Shown here piece by piece: positions 11,901 through 26,000 of a stretch of 64,000 bases of DNA. The translations under genes were made by a program, and so were the position numbers. The DNA comes from Macrostomum hystrix (taxonomy: Eukaryota > Animalia > Platyhelminthes), in the NCBI GenBank assembly GCA_950097015.1, contig CATNEN010000003.1, forward strand, positions 4,712,001-4,776,000, read 5' to 3'. The notes under the pieces are model-generated. The model was not told where the DNA came from. It was given only the letters and a program-made list of their open reading frames with translations, and did no database searches. The stretch's first letter is position 1. Each line of letters starts with the position of its first letter.

Positions 11901-14900
11901 GGAAAACTGGTGACGAGCAGCAAACGTTGCAACTGTAAAGCATGATAGAGCATTGGACTGGTTGAAATGGAAAATTGGTGACGAGCAGCAAACGTTGCAA
12001 CTGTAAAGCATGATAGAGCATTGGACTGGTTGAAATGGAAAACTGGTGACGAGCAGCAAACGTTGCAACTGTAAAGCATGATAGAGCATTGGACTGGTTG
12101 AAATGGAAAATTGGTGACGAGCAGCAAACGTTGCAACTGTAAAGCATGATAGAGCACTGGAGACTGGTTGAAATGGAAAATTGGTGACGAGCAGCAAACG
12201 TTGCAACTGTAAAGCATGATAGAGCATTGGACTGGTTGAAATGGAAAATTGGTGACGAGCAGCAAACGTTGCAACTGTAAAGCATGATAGAGCATTGGAC
12301 TGGTTGAAATGGAAAATTGGTGACGAGCAGCAAACGTTGCAACTGTAAAGCATGATAGAGCATTGGAGACTGGTTGAAATGGAAAATTGGTGACGAGCAG
12401 CAAACGTTGCAACTGTAAAGCATGATAGAGCATTGGAGACTGGTTGAAATGGAAAATTGGTGACGAGCAGCAAACGTTGCAACTGTAAAGCATGATAGAG
12501 CATTGGAGACTGGTTGAAATGGAAAATTGGTGACGAGCAGCAAACGTTGCAACTGTAAAGCATGATAGAGCATTGGAGACTGGTTGAAATGGAAAATTGG
12601 TGACGAGCAGCAAACGTTGCAACTGTAAAGCATGATAGAGCATTGGAGACTGGTTGAAATGGAAAATTGGTGACGAGCAGCAAACGTTGCAACTGTAAAG
12701 CATGATAGAGCATTGGAGACTGGTTGAAATGGAAAACTGGTGACGAGCAGCAAACGTTGCAACTGTAAAGCATGATAGAGCATTGGAGACTGGTTGAAAT
12801 GGAAAATTGGTGACGAGCAGCAAACGTTGCAACTGTAAAGCATGATAGAGCATTGGAGACTGGTTGAAATGGAAAATTGGTGACGAGCAGCAAACGTTGC
12901 AACTGTAAAGCATGATAGAGCATTGGAGACTGGTTGAAATGGAAAATTGGTGACGAGCAGCAAACGTTGCAACTGTAAAGCATGATAGAGCATTGGAGAC
13001 TGGTTGAAATGGAAAATTGGTGACGAGCAGCAAACGTTGCAACTGTAAAGCATGATAGAGCATTGGAGACTGGTTGAAATGGAAAACTGGTGACGAGCAG
13101 CAAACGTTGCAACTGTAAAGCATGATAGAGCATTGGAGACTGGTTGAAATGGAAAATTGGTGACGAGCAGCAAACGTTGCAACTGTAAAGCATGATAGAG
13201 CATTGGAGACTGGTTGAAATGGAAAATTGGTGACGAGAAGCAATCGTTGCAACTGTAAAGCATGATAGAGCATTGGACTGGTTGAAATGGAAAATTGGTG
13301 ACGAGCAGCAAACGTTGCAACTGTAAAGCATGATAGAGCATTGGAGACTGGTTGAAATGGAAAACTGGTGACGAGCAGCAAACGTTGCAACTGTAAAGCA
13401 TGATAGAGCATTGGAGACTGGTTGAAATGGAAAACTGGTGACGAGCAGCAAACGTTGCAACTGTAAAGCATGATAGAGCATTGGAGACTGGTTGAAATGG
13501 AAAACTGGTGACGAGCAGCAAACGTTGCAACTGTAAAGCATGATAGAGCATTGGACTGGTTGAAATGGAAAATTGGTGACGAGCAGCAAACGTTGCAACT
13601 GTAAAGCATGATAGAGCATTGGAGACTGGTTGAAATGGAAAATTGGTGACGAGCAGCAAACGTTGCAACTGTAAAGCATGATAGAGCATTGGACTGGTTG
13701 AAATGGAAAACTGGTGACGAGCAGCAAACGTTGCAACTGTAAAGCATGATAGAGCATTGGAGACTGGTTGAAATGGAAAATTGGTGACGAGCAGCAAACG
13801 TTGCAACTGTAAAGCATGATAGAGCATTGGAGACTGGTTGAAATGGAAAATTGGTGACGAGCAGCAAACGTTGCAACTGTAAAGCATGATAGAGCACTGG
13901 GACTGGTTGAAATGAAAAATTGGTGACGAGCAGCAAACGTTGCAACTGTAAAGCATGATAGAGCATTGGACTGGTTGAAATGGAAAATTGGTGACGAGCA
14001 GCAAACGTTGCAACTGTAAAGCATGATAGAGCATTGGAGACTGGTTGAAATGGAAAATTGGTGACGAGCAGCAAACGTTGCAACTGTAAAGCATGATAGA
14101 GCATTGGAGACTGGTTGAAATGGAAAATTGGTGACGAGCAGCAAACGTTGCAACTGTAAAGCATGATAGAGCACTGGACTGGTTGAAATGGAAAATTGGT
14201 GACGAGCAGCAAACGTTGCAACTGTAAAGCATGATAGAGCATTGGAGACTGGTTGAAATGGAAAATTGGTGACGAGCAGCAAACGTTGCAACTGTAAAGC
14301 ATGATAGAGCATTGGAGACTGGTTGAAATGGAAAATTGGTGACGAGCAGCAAACGTTGCAACTGTAAAGCATGATAGAGCATTGGAGACTGGTTGAAATG
14401 GAAAATTGGTGACGAGCAGCAAACGTTGCAACTGTAAAGCATGATAGAGCATTGGAGACTGGTTGAAATGGAAAATTGGTGACGAGCAGCAAACGTTGCA
14501 ACTGTAAAGCATGATAGAGCATTGGAGACTGGTTGAAATGGAAAATTGGTGACGAGCAGCAAACGTTGCAACTGTAAAGCATGATAGAGCATTGGAGACT
14601 GGTTGAAATGGAAAATTGGTGACGAGCAGCAAACGTTGCAACTGTAAAGCATGATAGAGCATTGGAGACTGGTTGAAATGGAAAATTGGTGACGAGCAGC
14701 AAACGTTGCAACTGTAAAGCATGATAGAGCATTGGAGACTGGTTGAAATGGAAAATTGGTGACGAGCAGCAAACGTTGCAACTGTAAAGCATGATAGAGC
14801 ATTGAGACTGGTTGAAATGGAAAATTGGTGACGAGCAGCAAACGTTGCAACTGTAAAGCATGATAGAGCATTGGAGACTGGTTGAAATGGAAAATTGGTG

Positions 14901-17900
14901 ACGAGCAGCAAACGTTGCAACTGTAAAGCATGATAGAGCATTGGAGACTGGTTGAAATGGAAAATTGGTGACGAGCAGCAAACGTTGCAACTGTAAAGCA
15001 TGATAGAGCATTGGAGACTGGTTGAAATGGAAAATTGGTGACGAGCAGCAAACGTTGCAACTGTAAAGCATGATAGAGCATTGGAGACTGGTTGAAATGG
15101 AAAATTGGTGACGAGCAGCAAACGTTGCAACTGTAAAGCATGATAGAGCATTGGAGACTGGTTGAAATGGAAAATTGGTGACGAGCAGCAAACGTTGCAA
15201 CTGTAAAGCATGATAGAGCATTGGAGACTGGTTGAAATGGAAAACTTGGTGACGAGCAGCAAACGTTGCAACTGTAAAGCATGATAGAGCATTGGAGACT
15301 GGTTGAAATGGAAAATTGGTGACGAGCAGCAAACGTTGCAACTGTAAAGCATGATAGAGCATTGGAGACTGGTTGAAATGGAAAACTGGTGACGAGCAGC
15401 AAACGTTGCAACTGTAAAGCATGATAGAGCATTGGAGACTGGTTGAAATGGAAAACTGGTGACGAGCAGCAAACGTTGCAACTGTAAAGCATGATAGAGC
15501 ATTGGAGACTGGTTGAAATGGAAAACTGGTGACGAGCAGCAAACGTTGCAACTGTAAAGCATGATAGAGCACTGGAGACTGGTTGAAATGGAAAATTGGT
15601 GACGAGCAGCAAACGTTGCAACTGTAAAGCATGATAGAGCATTGGAGACTGGTTGAAATGGAAAATTGGTGACGAGCAGCAAACGTTGCAACTGTAAAGC
15701 ATGATAGAGCATTGGACTGGTTGAAATGGAAAACTGGTGACGAGCAGCAAACGTTGCAACTGTAAAGCATGATAGAGCACTGGAGACTGGTTGAAATGGA
15801 AAACTGGTGACGAGCAGCAAACGTTGCAACTGTAAAGCATGATAGAGCATTGGAGACTGGTTGAAATGGAAATCTGGTGACGAGCAGCAAACGTTGCAAC
15901 TGTAAAGCATGATAGAGCATTGGAGACTGGTTGAAATGGAAAATTGGTGACGAGCAGCAAACGTTGCAACTGTAAAGCATGATAGAGCATTGGAGACTGG
16001 TTGAAATGGAAAACTTGGTGACGAGCAGCAAACGTTGCAACTGTAAAGCATGATAGAGCATTGGAGACTGGTTGAAATGGAAAACTGGTGACGAGCAGCA
16101 AACGTTGCAACTGTAAAGCATGATAGAGCATTGGAGACTGGTTGAAATGGAAAATTGGTGACGAGCAGCAAACGTTGCAACTGTAAAGCATGATAGAGCA
16201 CTGGAGACTGGTTGAAATGGAAAATTGGTGACGAGCAGCAAACGTTGCAACTGTAAAGCATGATAGAGCATTGGACTGGTTGAAATGGAAAACTGGTGAC
16301 GAGCAGCAAACGTTGCAACTGTAAAGCATGATAGAGCATTGGAGACTGGTTGAAATGGAAAATTGGTGACGAGCAGCAAACGTTGCAACTGTAAAGCATG
16401 ATAGAGCATTGGAGACTGGTTGAAATGGAAAAATTGGTGACGAGCAGCAAACGTTGCAACTGTAAAGCATGATAGAGCATTGGAGACTGGTTGAAATGGA
16501 AAATTGGTGACGAGCAGCAAACGTTGCAACTGTAAAGCATGATAGAGCATTGGAGACTGGTTGAAATGGAAAATTGGTGACGAGCAGCAAACGTTGCAAC
16601 TGTAAAGCATGATAGAGCATTGGAGACTGGTTGAAATGGAAAATTGGTGACGAGCAGCAAACGTTGCAACTGTAAAGCATGATAGAGCATTGGAGACTGG
16701 TTGAAATGGAAAATTGGTGACGAGCAGCAAACGTTGCAACTGTAAAGCATGATAGAGCATTGGAGACTGGTTGAAATGGAAAATTGGTGACGAGCAGCAA
16801 ACGTTGCAACTGTAAAGCATGATAGAGCATTGGAGACTGGTTGAAATGGAAAATTGGTGACGAGCAGCAAACGTTGCAACTGTAAAGCATGATAGAGCAT
16901 TGGAGACTGGTTGAAATGGAAAATTGGTGACGAGCAGCAAACGTTGCAACTGTAAAGCATAATAGAGCATTGGAGACTGGTTGAAATGGAAAATTGGTGA
17001 CGAGCAGCAAACGTTGCAACTGTAAAGCATGATAGAGCATTGGAGACTGGTTGAAATGGAAAATTGGTGACGAGCAGCAAACGTTGCAACTGTAAAGCAT
17101 GATAGAGCATTGGAGACTGGTTGAAATGGAAAATTGGTGACGAGCAGCAAACGTTGCAACTGTAAAGCATGATAGAGCATTGGACTGGTTGAAATGGAAA
17201 ACTGGTGACGAGCAGCAAACGTTGCAACTGTAAAGCATGATAGAGCATTGGAGACTGGTTGAAATGGAAAATTGGTGACGAGCAGCAAACGTTGCAACTG
17301 TAAAGCATGATAGAGCATTGGAGACTGGTTGAAATGGAAAACTGGTGACGAGCAGCAAACGTTGCAACTGTAAAGCATGATAGAGCATTGAGACTGGTTG
17401 AAATGGAAAATTGGTGACGAGCAGCAAACGTTGCAACTGTAAAGCATGATAGAGCATTGGAGACTGGTTGAAATGGAAAACTGGTGACGAGCAGCAAACG
17501 TTGCAACTGTAAAGCATGATAGAGCATTGGACTGGTTGAAATGGAAAATTGGTGACGAGCAGCAAACGTTGCAACTGTAAAGCATGATAGAGCATTGGAG
17601 ACTGGTTGAAATGGAAAACTGGTGACGAGCAGCAAACGTTGCAACTGTAAAGCATGATAGAGCATTGGAGACTGGTTGAAATGGAAAATTGGTGACGAGC
17701 AGCAAACGTTGCAACTGTAAAGCATGATAGAGCATTGGAGACTGGTTGAAATGGAAAATTGGTGACGAGCAGCAAACGTTGCAACTGTAAAGCATGATAG
17801 AGCATTGGAGACTGGTTGAAATGGAAAATTGGTGACGAGCAGCAAACGTTGCAACTGTAAAGCATGATAGAGCATTGGAGACTGGTTGAAATGGAAAACT

Positions 17901-20900
17901 GGTGACGAGCAGCAAACGTTGCAACTGTAAAGCATGATAGAGCATTGGAGACTGGTTGAAATGGAAAATTGGTGACGAGCAGCAAACGTTGCAACTGTAA
18001 AGCATGATAGAGCATTGGAGACTGGTTGAAATGGAAAATTGGTGACGAGCAGCAAACGTTGCAACTGTAAAGCATGATAGAGCATTGGACTGGTTGAAAT
18101 GGAAAATTGGTGACGAGCAGCAAACGTTGCAACTGTAAAGCATGATAGAGCATTGGACTGGTTGAAATGGAAAATTGGTGACGAGCAGCAAACGTTGCAA
18201 CTGTAAAGCATGATAGAGCATTGGAGACTGGTTGAAATGGAAAATTGGTGACGAGCAGCAAACGTTGCAACTGTAAAGCATGATAGAGCATTGGAGACTG
18301 GTTGAAATGGAAAATTGGTGACGAGCAGCAAACGTTGCAACTGTAAAGCATGATAGAGCATTGGAGACTGGTTGAAATGGAAAATTGGTGACGAGCAGCA
18401 AACGTTGCAACTGTAAAGCATGATAGAGCATTGGAGACTGGTTGAAATGGAAAATTGGTGACGAGCAGCAAACGTTGCAACTGTAAAGCATGATAGAGCA
18501 TTGGAGACTGGTTGAAATGGAAAATTGGTGACGAGCAGCAAACGTTGCAACTGTAAAGCATAATAGAGCATTGGAGACTGGTTGAAATGGAAAATTGGTG
18601 ACGAGCAGCAAACGTTGCAACTGTAAAGCATGATAGAGCATTGGAGACTGGTTGAAATGGAAAATTGGTGACGAGCAGCAAACGTTGCAACTGTAAAGCA
18701 TGATAGAGCATTGGAGACTGGTTGAAATGGAAAATTGGTGACGAGCAGCAAACGTTGCAACTGTAAAGCATGATAGAGCATTGGACTGGTTGAAATGGAA
18801 AACTGGTGACGAGCAGCAAACGTTGCAACTGTAAAGCATGATAGAGCATTGGAGACTGGTTGAAATGGAAAATTGGTGACGAGCAGCAAACGTTGCAACT
18901 GTAAAGCATGATAGAGCATTGGAGACTGGTTGAAATGAAAAACTGGTGACGAGCAGCAAACGTTGCAACTGTAAAGCATGATAGAGCATTGGACTGGTTG
19001 AAATGGAAAATTGGTGACGAGCAGCAAACGTTGCAACTGTAAAGCATGATAGAGCACTGGACTGGTTGAAATGGAAAATTGGTGACGAGCAGCAAACGTT
19101 GCAACTGTAAAGCATGATAGAGCACTGGACTGGTTGAAATGGAAAATTGGTGACGAGCAGCAAACGTTGCAACTGTAAAGCATGATAGAGCATTGGACTG
19201 GTTGAAATGGAAAACTGGTGACGAGCAGCAAACGTTGCAACTGTAAAGCATGATAGAGCATTGGAGACTGGTTGAAATGGAAAATTGGTGACGAGCAGCA
19301 AACGTTGCAACTGTAAAGCATGATAGAGCATTGGAGACTGGTTGAAATGGAAAATTGGTGACGAGCAGCAAACGTTGCAACTGTAAAGCATGATAGAGCA
19401 TTGGAGACTGGTTGAAATGGAAAATTGGTGACGAGCAGCAAACGTTGCAACTGTAAAGCATGATAGAGCATTGGAGACTGGTTGAAATGGAAAATTGGTG
19501 ACGAGCAGCAAACGTTGCAACTGTAAAGCATGATAGAGCATTGGACTGGTTGAAATGGAAAATTGGTGACGAGCAGCAAACGTTGCAACTGTAAAGCATG
19601 ATAGAGCATTGGACTGGTTGAAATGGAAAATTGGTGACGAGCAGCAAACGTTGCAACTGTAAAGCATGATAGAGCATTGGAGACTGGTTGAAATGGAAAA
19701 TTGGTGACGAGCAGCAAACGTTGCAACTGTAAAGCATGATAGAGCATTGGAGACTGGTTGAAATGGAAAATTGGTGACGAGCAGCAAACGTTGCAACTGT
19801 AAAGCCTGATAGAGCATTGGAGACTGGTTGAAATGGAAAATTGGTGACGAGCAGCAAACGTTGCAACTGTAAAGCATGATAGAGCATTGGAGACTGGTTG
19901 AAATGGAAAACTGGTGACGAGCAGCAAACGTTGCAACTGTAAAGCATGATAGAGCATTGGAGACTGGTTGAAATGGAAAATTGGTGACGAGCAGCAAACG
20001 TTGCAACTGTAAAGCATGATAGAGCATTGGAGACTGGTTGAAATGGAAAATTGGTGACGAGCAGCAAACGTTGCAACTGTAAAGCATGATAGAGCATTGG
20101 ACTGGTTGAAATGGAAAATTGGTGACGAGCAGCAAACGTTGCAACTGTAAAGCATGATAGAGCATTGGACTGGTTGAAATGGAAAACTGGTGACGAGCAG
20201 CAAACGTTGCAACTGTAAAGCATGATAGAGCACTGGAGACTGGTTGAAATGGAAAACTGGTGACGAGCAGCAAACGTTGCAACTGTAAAGCATGATAGAG
20301 CATTGGAGACTGGTTGAAATGGAAAGCTGGTGACGAGCAGCAAACGTTGCAACTGTAAAGCATGATAGAGCATTGGAGACTGGTTGAAATGGAAAACTGG
20401 TGACGAGCAGCAAACGTTGCAACTGTAAAGCATAATAGAGCATTGGAGACTGGTTGAAATGGAAAATTGGTGACGAGCAGCAAACGTTGCAACTGTAAAG
20501 CATGATAGAGCACTGGAGACTGGTTGAAATGGAAAATTGGTGACGAGCAGCAAACGTTGCAACTGTAAAGCATGATAGAGCATTGGACTGGTTGAAATGA
20601 AAACTGGTGACGAGCAGCAAACGTTGCAACTGTAAAGCATGATAGAGCATTGGACTGGTTGAAATGGAAAACTGGTGACGAGCAGCAAACGTTGCAACTG
20701 TAAAGCATGATAGAGCATTGGACTGGTTGAAATGAAAAATTGGTGACGAGCAGCAAACGTTGCAACTGTAAAGCATGATAGAGCATTGGAGACTGGTTGA
20801 AATGGAAAACTGGTGACGAGCAGCAAACGTTGCAACTGTAAAGCATGATAGAGCATTGGAGACTGGTTGAAATGGAAAACTGGTGACGAGCAGCAAACGT

Positions 20901-21800
20901 TGCAACTGTAAAGCATGATAGAGCATTGGAGACTGGTTGAAATGGAAAACTGGTGACGAGCAGCAAACGTTGCAACTGTAAAGCATGATAGAGCATTGGA
21001 GACTGGTTGAAATGGAAAATTGGTGACGAGCAGCAAACGTTGCAACTGTAAAGCATGATAGAGCATTGGAGACTGGTTGAAATGGAAAATTGGTGACGAG
21101 CAGCAAACGTTGCAACTGTAAAGCATGATAGAGCATTGGAGACTGGTTGAAATGGAAAATTGGTGACGAGCAGCAAACGTTGCAACTGTAAAGCATGATA
21201 GAGCATTGGAGACTGGTTGAAATGGAAAATTGGTGACGAGCAGCAAACGTTGCAACTGTAAAGCATGATAGAGCATTGGACTGGTTGAAATGGAAAATTG
21301 GTGACGAGCAGCAAACGTTGCAACTGTAAAGCATGATAGAGCATTGGACTGGTTGAAATGGAAAATTGGTGACGAGCAGCAAACGTTGCAACTGTAAAGC
21401 ATGATAGAGCATTGGACTGGTTGAAATGGAAAATTGGTGACGAGCAGCAAACGTTGCAACTGTAAAGCATGATAGAGCACTGGACTGGTTGAAATGGAAA
21501 ATTGGTGACGAGCAGCAAACGTTGCAACTGTAAAGCATGATAGAGCATTGGACTGGTTGAAATGGAAAATTGGTGACGAGCAGCAAACGTTGCAACTGTA
21601 AAGCATGATAGAGCATTGGAGACTGGTTGAAATGGAAAATTGGTGACGAGCAGCAAACGTTGCAACTGTAAAGCATGATAGAGCATTGGAGACTGGTTGA
21701 AATGGAAAATTGGTGACGAGCAGCAAACGTTGCAACTGTAAAGCATGATAGAGCATTGGAGACTGGTTGAAATGGAAAATTGGTGACGAGCAGCAAACGT
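8980..21800. repeat. Satellite DNA, 70-bp monomer (68-bp variant), roughly 185 copies, ~12.8 kb
   Basis: Unit ggtgacgagcagcaaacgttgcaactgtaaagcatgatagagcattgg(ag)actggttgaaatggaaaa(t/c)t, near-identical throughout. Confidence 0.98.
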
Positions 21801-21861
21801 CATGATTGGGGCAAGCCAGACAGATGTAAGGATGCTCAAAGTATCTAATATTCTAGGTGGT

Positions 21862-22197
21862 TTATTATTAATAATAATAATTAATAATAATAATAATAAT
21901 AACTATAATAATTGATTAAACCTGTTTAATTGGGTCAGATGTGCAGCCGGCAGCACAGCCGCAGCTATTGCAGCATCTGAAGGCTGCGTACGGCTGTTCA
22001 GTCCATGGACTGGGGGGACGCCACACCCACCTTCAATTATCCCAGCTGATGCTGGTACCAATTTAACAGCTGGGTGAACTGAAGCAATGCAGAGTGAAGT
22101 GTATTGCTAAAGGACACAAATTGTTCCAGTGGAGTCAGGAATCGAACCCTCGACCTTCAAGTCGTGAGTCTGACGCTCTAACAACAAGGCTACAACA
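21862..22197 (-). mobile_element. tRNA-derived CORE-type SINE (family A)
   Basis: Minus strand shows a tRNA-like head with B box GGTTCGATTCC, a CORE-like block and a (TTA)n tail. Homologous to copies at 27.8, 41.4 and 51.6 kb. Confidence 0.85.
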
Positions 22198-22484
22198 TCG
22201 CACAAGCAATTAAAGTTGGCACACCATTCTGACATTTAGGTCTGTCTTTGAGCAGAATGAAAAAACAGATTATTAAAACACAATTTGGCATGGAATCAAT
22301 AGTCGATTGTTTTTTCAAACATGAAATCTAAGTTTATAAGTCAATCAGCTATTGAAATTGCCTCTTTAAAAACCAACATTTTTTTCTGTATCGCCTAAAC
22401 TATTCAACCAGTCGCAATGAAAGTCCAGACCATTGGCTTAAATTTTCTGCTCTATTAGATTAAACAGGTTATGTTATCTCTGGG

Positions 22485-22722
22485 AGTTGAGATATTAAAC
22501 GTTTCTTGTCGGGACGACTCGTGGCAAAAGCATCCAATATAAGCAAAATATTTCTGCTTTCGAAATTTCATCATGTAACCATGATGAAAGTCATGGTTCG
22601 GCTGTTGATTATATAGTATTTAATTTAATGTTAATTACTATATTATTGAAGCAATAGAGGTTTAAATATATGCGTTGTTGTCCTTGTCGCCAGGGTCTTC
22701 GACAAGAATCGCTGGATATTAT
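22485..22722. mobile_element. Degenerate foldback/MITE-like element, related to 25150-25420
   Basis: Imperfect inverted arms gatattaaacgtttcttgtcg / cgacaagaatcgctggatat. The same arm sequences occur at 25.2-25.4 kb. Confidence 0.45.
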
Positions 22723-23091
22723 TTAACTTTTAAATGAACAAATTAAAAAGTTAGTTCACGGTAGAGGTTGGAAAATGTTGATCCATGTGGTGGACTTTCA
22801 TTTTCTACTGTTCAAAGACCGACTAATACGTCTTTTAGAATCAAATTTTGATACTATACCGTAGCACAACATGTTTTTGTGCATAAAAACTGTAAAAATG
22901 ATTAGATTCAATCAGATGTCAAACTGTTTTCCTTCAAAACAGACAGATTCAATAGACGCATTGTGACCTGGACTTTGAGTGAAGTCAAGTTAAATTAACC
23001 TCTGAATTTTATCACGAATTAAATAATTTGGGGACGAAATGATAAAGGAAGTTAGGAGTGCAGGCAGTGATACAGGCCAGTCAATGTGGCA

Positions 23092-26000
23092 CTAAAGACT
23101 GATGCGACTCAGCTCCATCTCGGCCTCGTGCAGAGCTTTCAGCCGATTGCGCGACTCATTGCGGTGCACTCGGACGCCCTCCTTCTCTTCCAGCAGCTCG
23201 TCAAGAGTGTCCGAGTCCTGCTGATAGATTTCAACCTCCTTGTGAAGTTCGTCAGTTAGCTTGTAGAGCATGTAGTGCATCATGCACAATGGCCCGTTGT
23301 CCATGATGCGAGTGGTGGCCACCTGGCGCGGTAATAGGCGCGATAATTATTCAGCACTACATACTACTTTGAGTAGACAACGCTGAATTAATAGTTAACT
23401 TCTCACCTTGACATACGCGTGCAAAGCGTTCAGGCTCTTCTCAATCATGAGCTCAGCCTCTGGGTCATCAGAGTCTCGAGACGGAGTGCTTGATCCGGAC
23501 GTGTAATAGCCTGTTTGTGAGTATGTTTTCGAGTGGACCATTGTTACGACATCAAATATTCGTGAATTTCGTGATCGTGAAGCGAAATACTTACTGACAA
23601 AGTTTTCATCGAACCAAGAAGAGAAATCTGGTCGACTTTCTTTAGCTGATTCTGCAATTGTTTTATTTTTCAAGTGATAAACGCGATAATTTTGAGAATT
23701 AGTTAATAACATCAGCACACTCTGCACATCCCGCTTACTCCATTCCACACAAAATTACCAAGATTTAACACCACATGGCTCAGATAGTACATCACATCTC
23801 CAAGATTTTAAATCTCGATTTCTTCGACTCACGTGAGCAGTGCACAGCCATGAGTTCGATGGCTTTCCGACTAAAGTCTCCTGCAAACGAGTACACTCCA
23901 GAAGTCTGCGGCATGCCCAAGGTCTTCACTAGGCGCCTGATTGTCTCCCTAGATTGCGTCTCGTTCAGGTAGAGCATGTCGCTAGTCCAGATGTAGCTCT
24001 CCTGTTCGAACTGACGTTCGATATCCTCTTTTGCGCGAAGGTACATGCGCTCCTTGATGTCTTGGATAGCTTCCTGGAATTGCAAACGAAAATAGAAAGT
24101 TACTACTCGCTGTACTTCTGACCAGCAAATTTACAATACCGTTCTCTCAACTTCGTGAGAGAGTTCCCGTAGAGGGGGTGAGTGGCAGAGCGGTTATCGC
24201 GTTTGCCTCTCGCACCAAGATCCCTGAGCTCGATTCCGCGACGAGGCCATATTCATTTGGGGCGCAGCCGCCGAGAGAAGGCTTGGGGGCTTGTCGTGCA
24301 ATTTACGCCATTGAGGGCCAACCTACAAGGCACATTGAGAGTGTACACTTCCTGACGATGAGAAAGTCAGGGCAGATGTACACACCTGTGAGAGCGTGTG
24401 CCTGCGTACAGTATCTGTGTGCGCGTGTGCTCAGGAGTCAGCGAAATGGGCAGAACTGCCTCCTCGCTGGCTGGAGGTCTAGTGTCACCAAATGGTGTGC
24501 CATTGTCCGCAGCCCTCCAGCAATTATTCTAATTATTATGTTTTTACTTGCCACTTCTAACCAGCAAATTACATCACATTTCGCTCACCTTGATAAAGTG
24601 ATTCAGCTTCGGATAGGTTGAGAACACCTGGTCAGTGAGATCCCGCAGAGTTATGTCCACCTCCATGCTGATATCGCGAAGGCAGCCGAGTGTAAGGAAT
24701 TTCAAGGGTTTAATCAGTTTGTCTCGGATGAGCGATTCAACAATGGGATAGGCCGACTGGAAATTGGGCAGTTCTCGGCCGCGCTGCTCGCGCAGGAAGA
24801 TCAAGATGCTGTTGCGCAGCTGGTTGGCGTCGTCGCCCAAGCTCTTGGCTGCGGCGGCCGCCTTCTCAGCTAGCAAGCGCCAGTGGATGCGGCAGCGCTG
24901 CAGTAGGTTGCGCATCTTGACGCCCTCCTTGGTGAACTTGTGGGTGGTGCCTGCGGTTGACGGATGAGTTGGAAGCTGGTGCATGACTTCCTATCGTAGG
25001 AATTTCACTCTTGGTCGACACCGATATTCAAGTAAGATTTTTAGAAAGTTATCACGTAAGTTTTTAACAGGAGAACGACGTAGGTTGTTTCAAATGCCAA
25101 CATTTTTGTTTTTCTGTTTCTGACAAAATAATTATCCCATCGCCATGAAAATGCAGAACGCAGCCTAAAATTTTCCGCTCTATCCGACGAAACAACTTCC
25201 AGAAGCACAAAACGTCGGCATCGTCGAGATATTCAACGATTCTCGTCCAAGTGTTTGGTAGCAAAAACCGTCAAAAATTGCATACATTTTCTGCTTCACA
25301 AAATTTAATTATGTAACCATCTTTGCTTATTGTCACCAGGGTCTTGGACAAGAATCGCTGAATATCTCGACGACGCTGACTTTCACGAAAATCGGTCATT
25401 CAGCTTCGGAGCTATCGTGAAGAAGGGAGTGGGTAGGGAGGGGAGGGAGGGCCCCTCCCCCCGGCTCCGATTCCGAACACCGTCATCTATCGTCAGATTA
25501 ATGACTGGACCGCCAACCTCCATCTTACCCGGTGGAGAAGCACCACAAACTGCCGCCAATCCAAAGCGGCAGTTTCAGTGCCATCCACTCGGCTCCGGAA
25601 GGTCCTTCTAAACCAGACCCGGAAGGACATCCGGGCCCTCACCTTGACTCTCACGGGCCATGGCTGCTACGCCAGACACTGTTTCCTCCGTGGAGACCTC
25701 CGGAGTGAGCTGTGCCCGTTCTGCAACCTTGAGAACGAGGATGCCCTGCACTTCGTCTGTCACTGCCCTTTCTTCACCAGAGAGAGGCTTAACTACCTCG
25801 GACCAAACCCATCCATGGACGATGTTTGCAGATCCGAGAACATCCCGCGGCTCGTCCGGTTCCTAAGGGCTACCAGACGAGCCTCTTTCTTCCCCAGCGA
25901 GGAACAAGCTGCAGGAAGGACCGAACACGGACCTCCCTGACTGGCCCCGCGCCTTCGGCCGACTGCGGGTCTTTCAGGGATTAGCGGAATGGGCGACTCC

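Noticed and set aside
8917-21839. Three overlapping ~4280-aa minus-strand ORFs
   Set aside because: Artefact of a stop-free satellite unit. The unit length is not a multiple of 3 and frameshifting indels are frequent.
23652-23832. Apparent premature stop or frameshift in Mx between ORFs 23792-24085 and 23395-23748
   Set aside because: Resolved by an in-phase intron (C|gtgagt ... ttgcag|AA).
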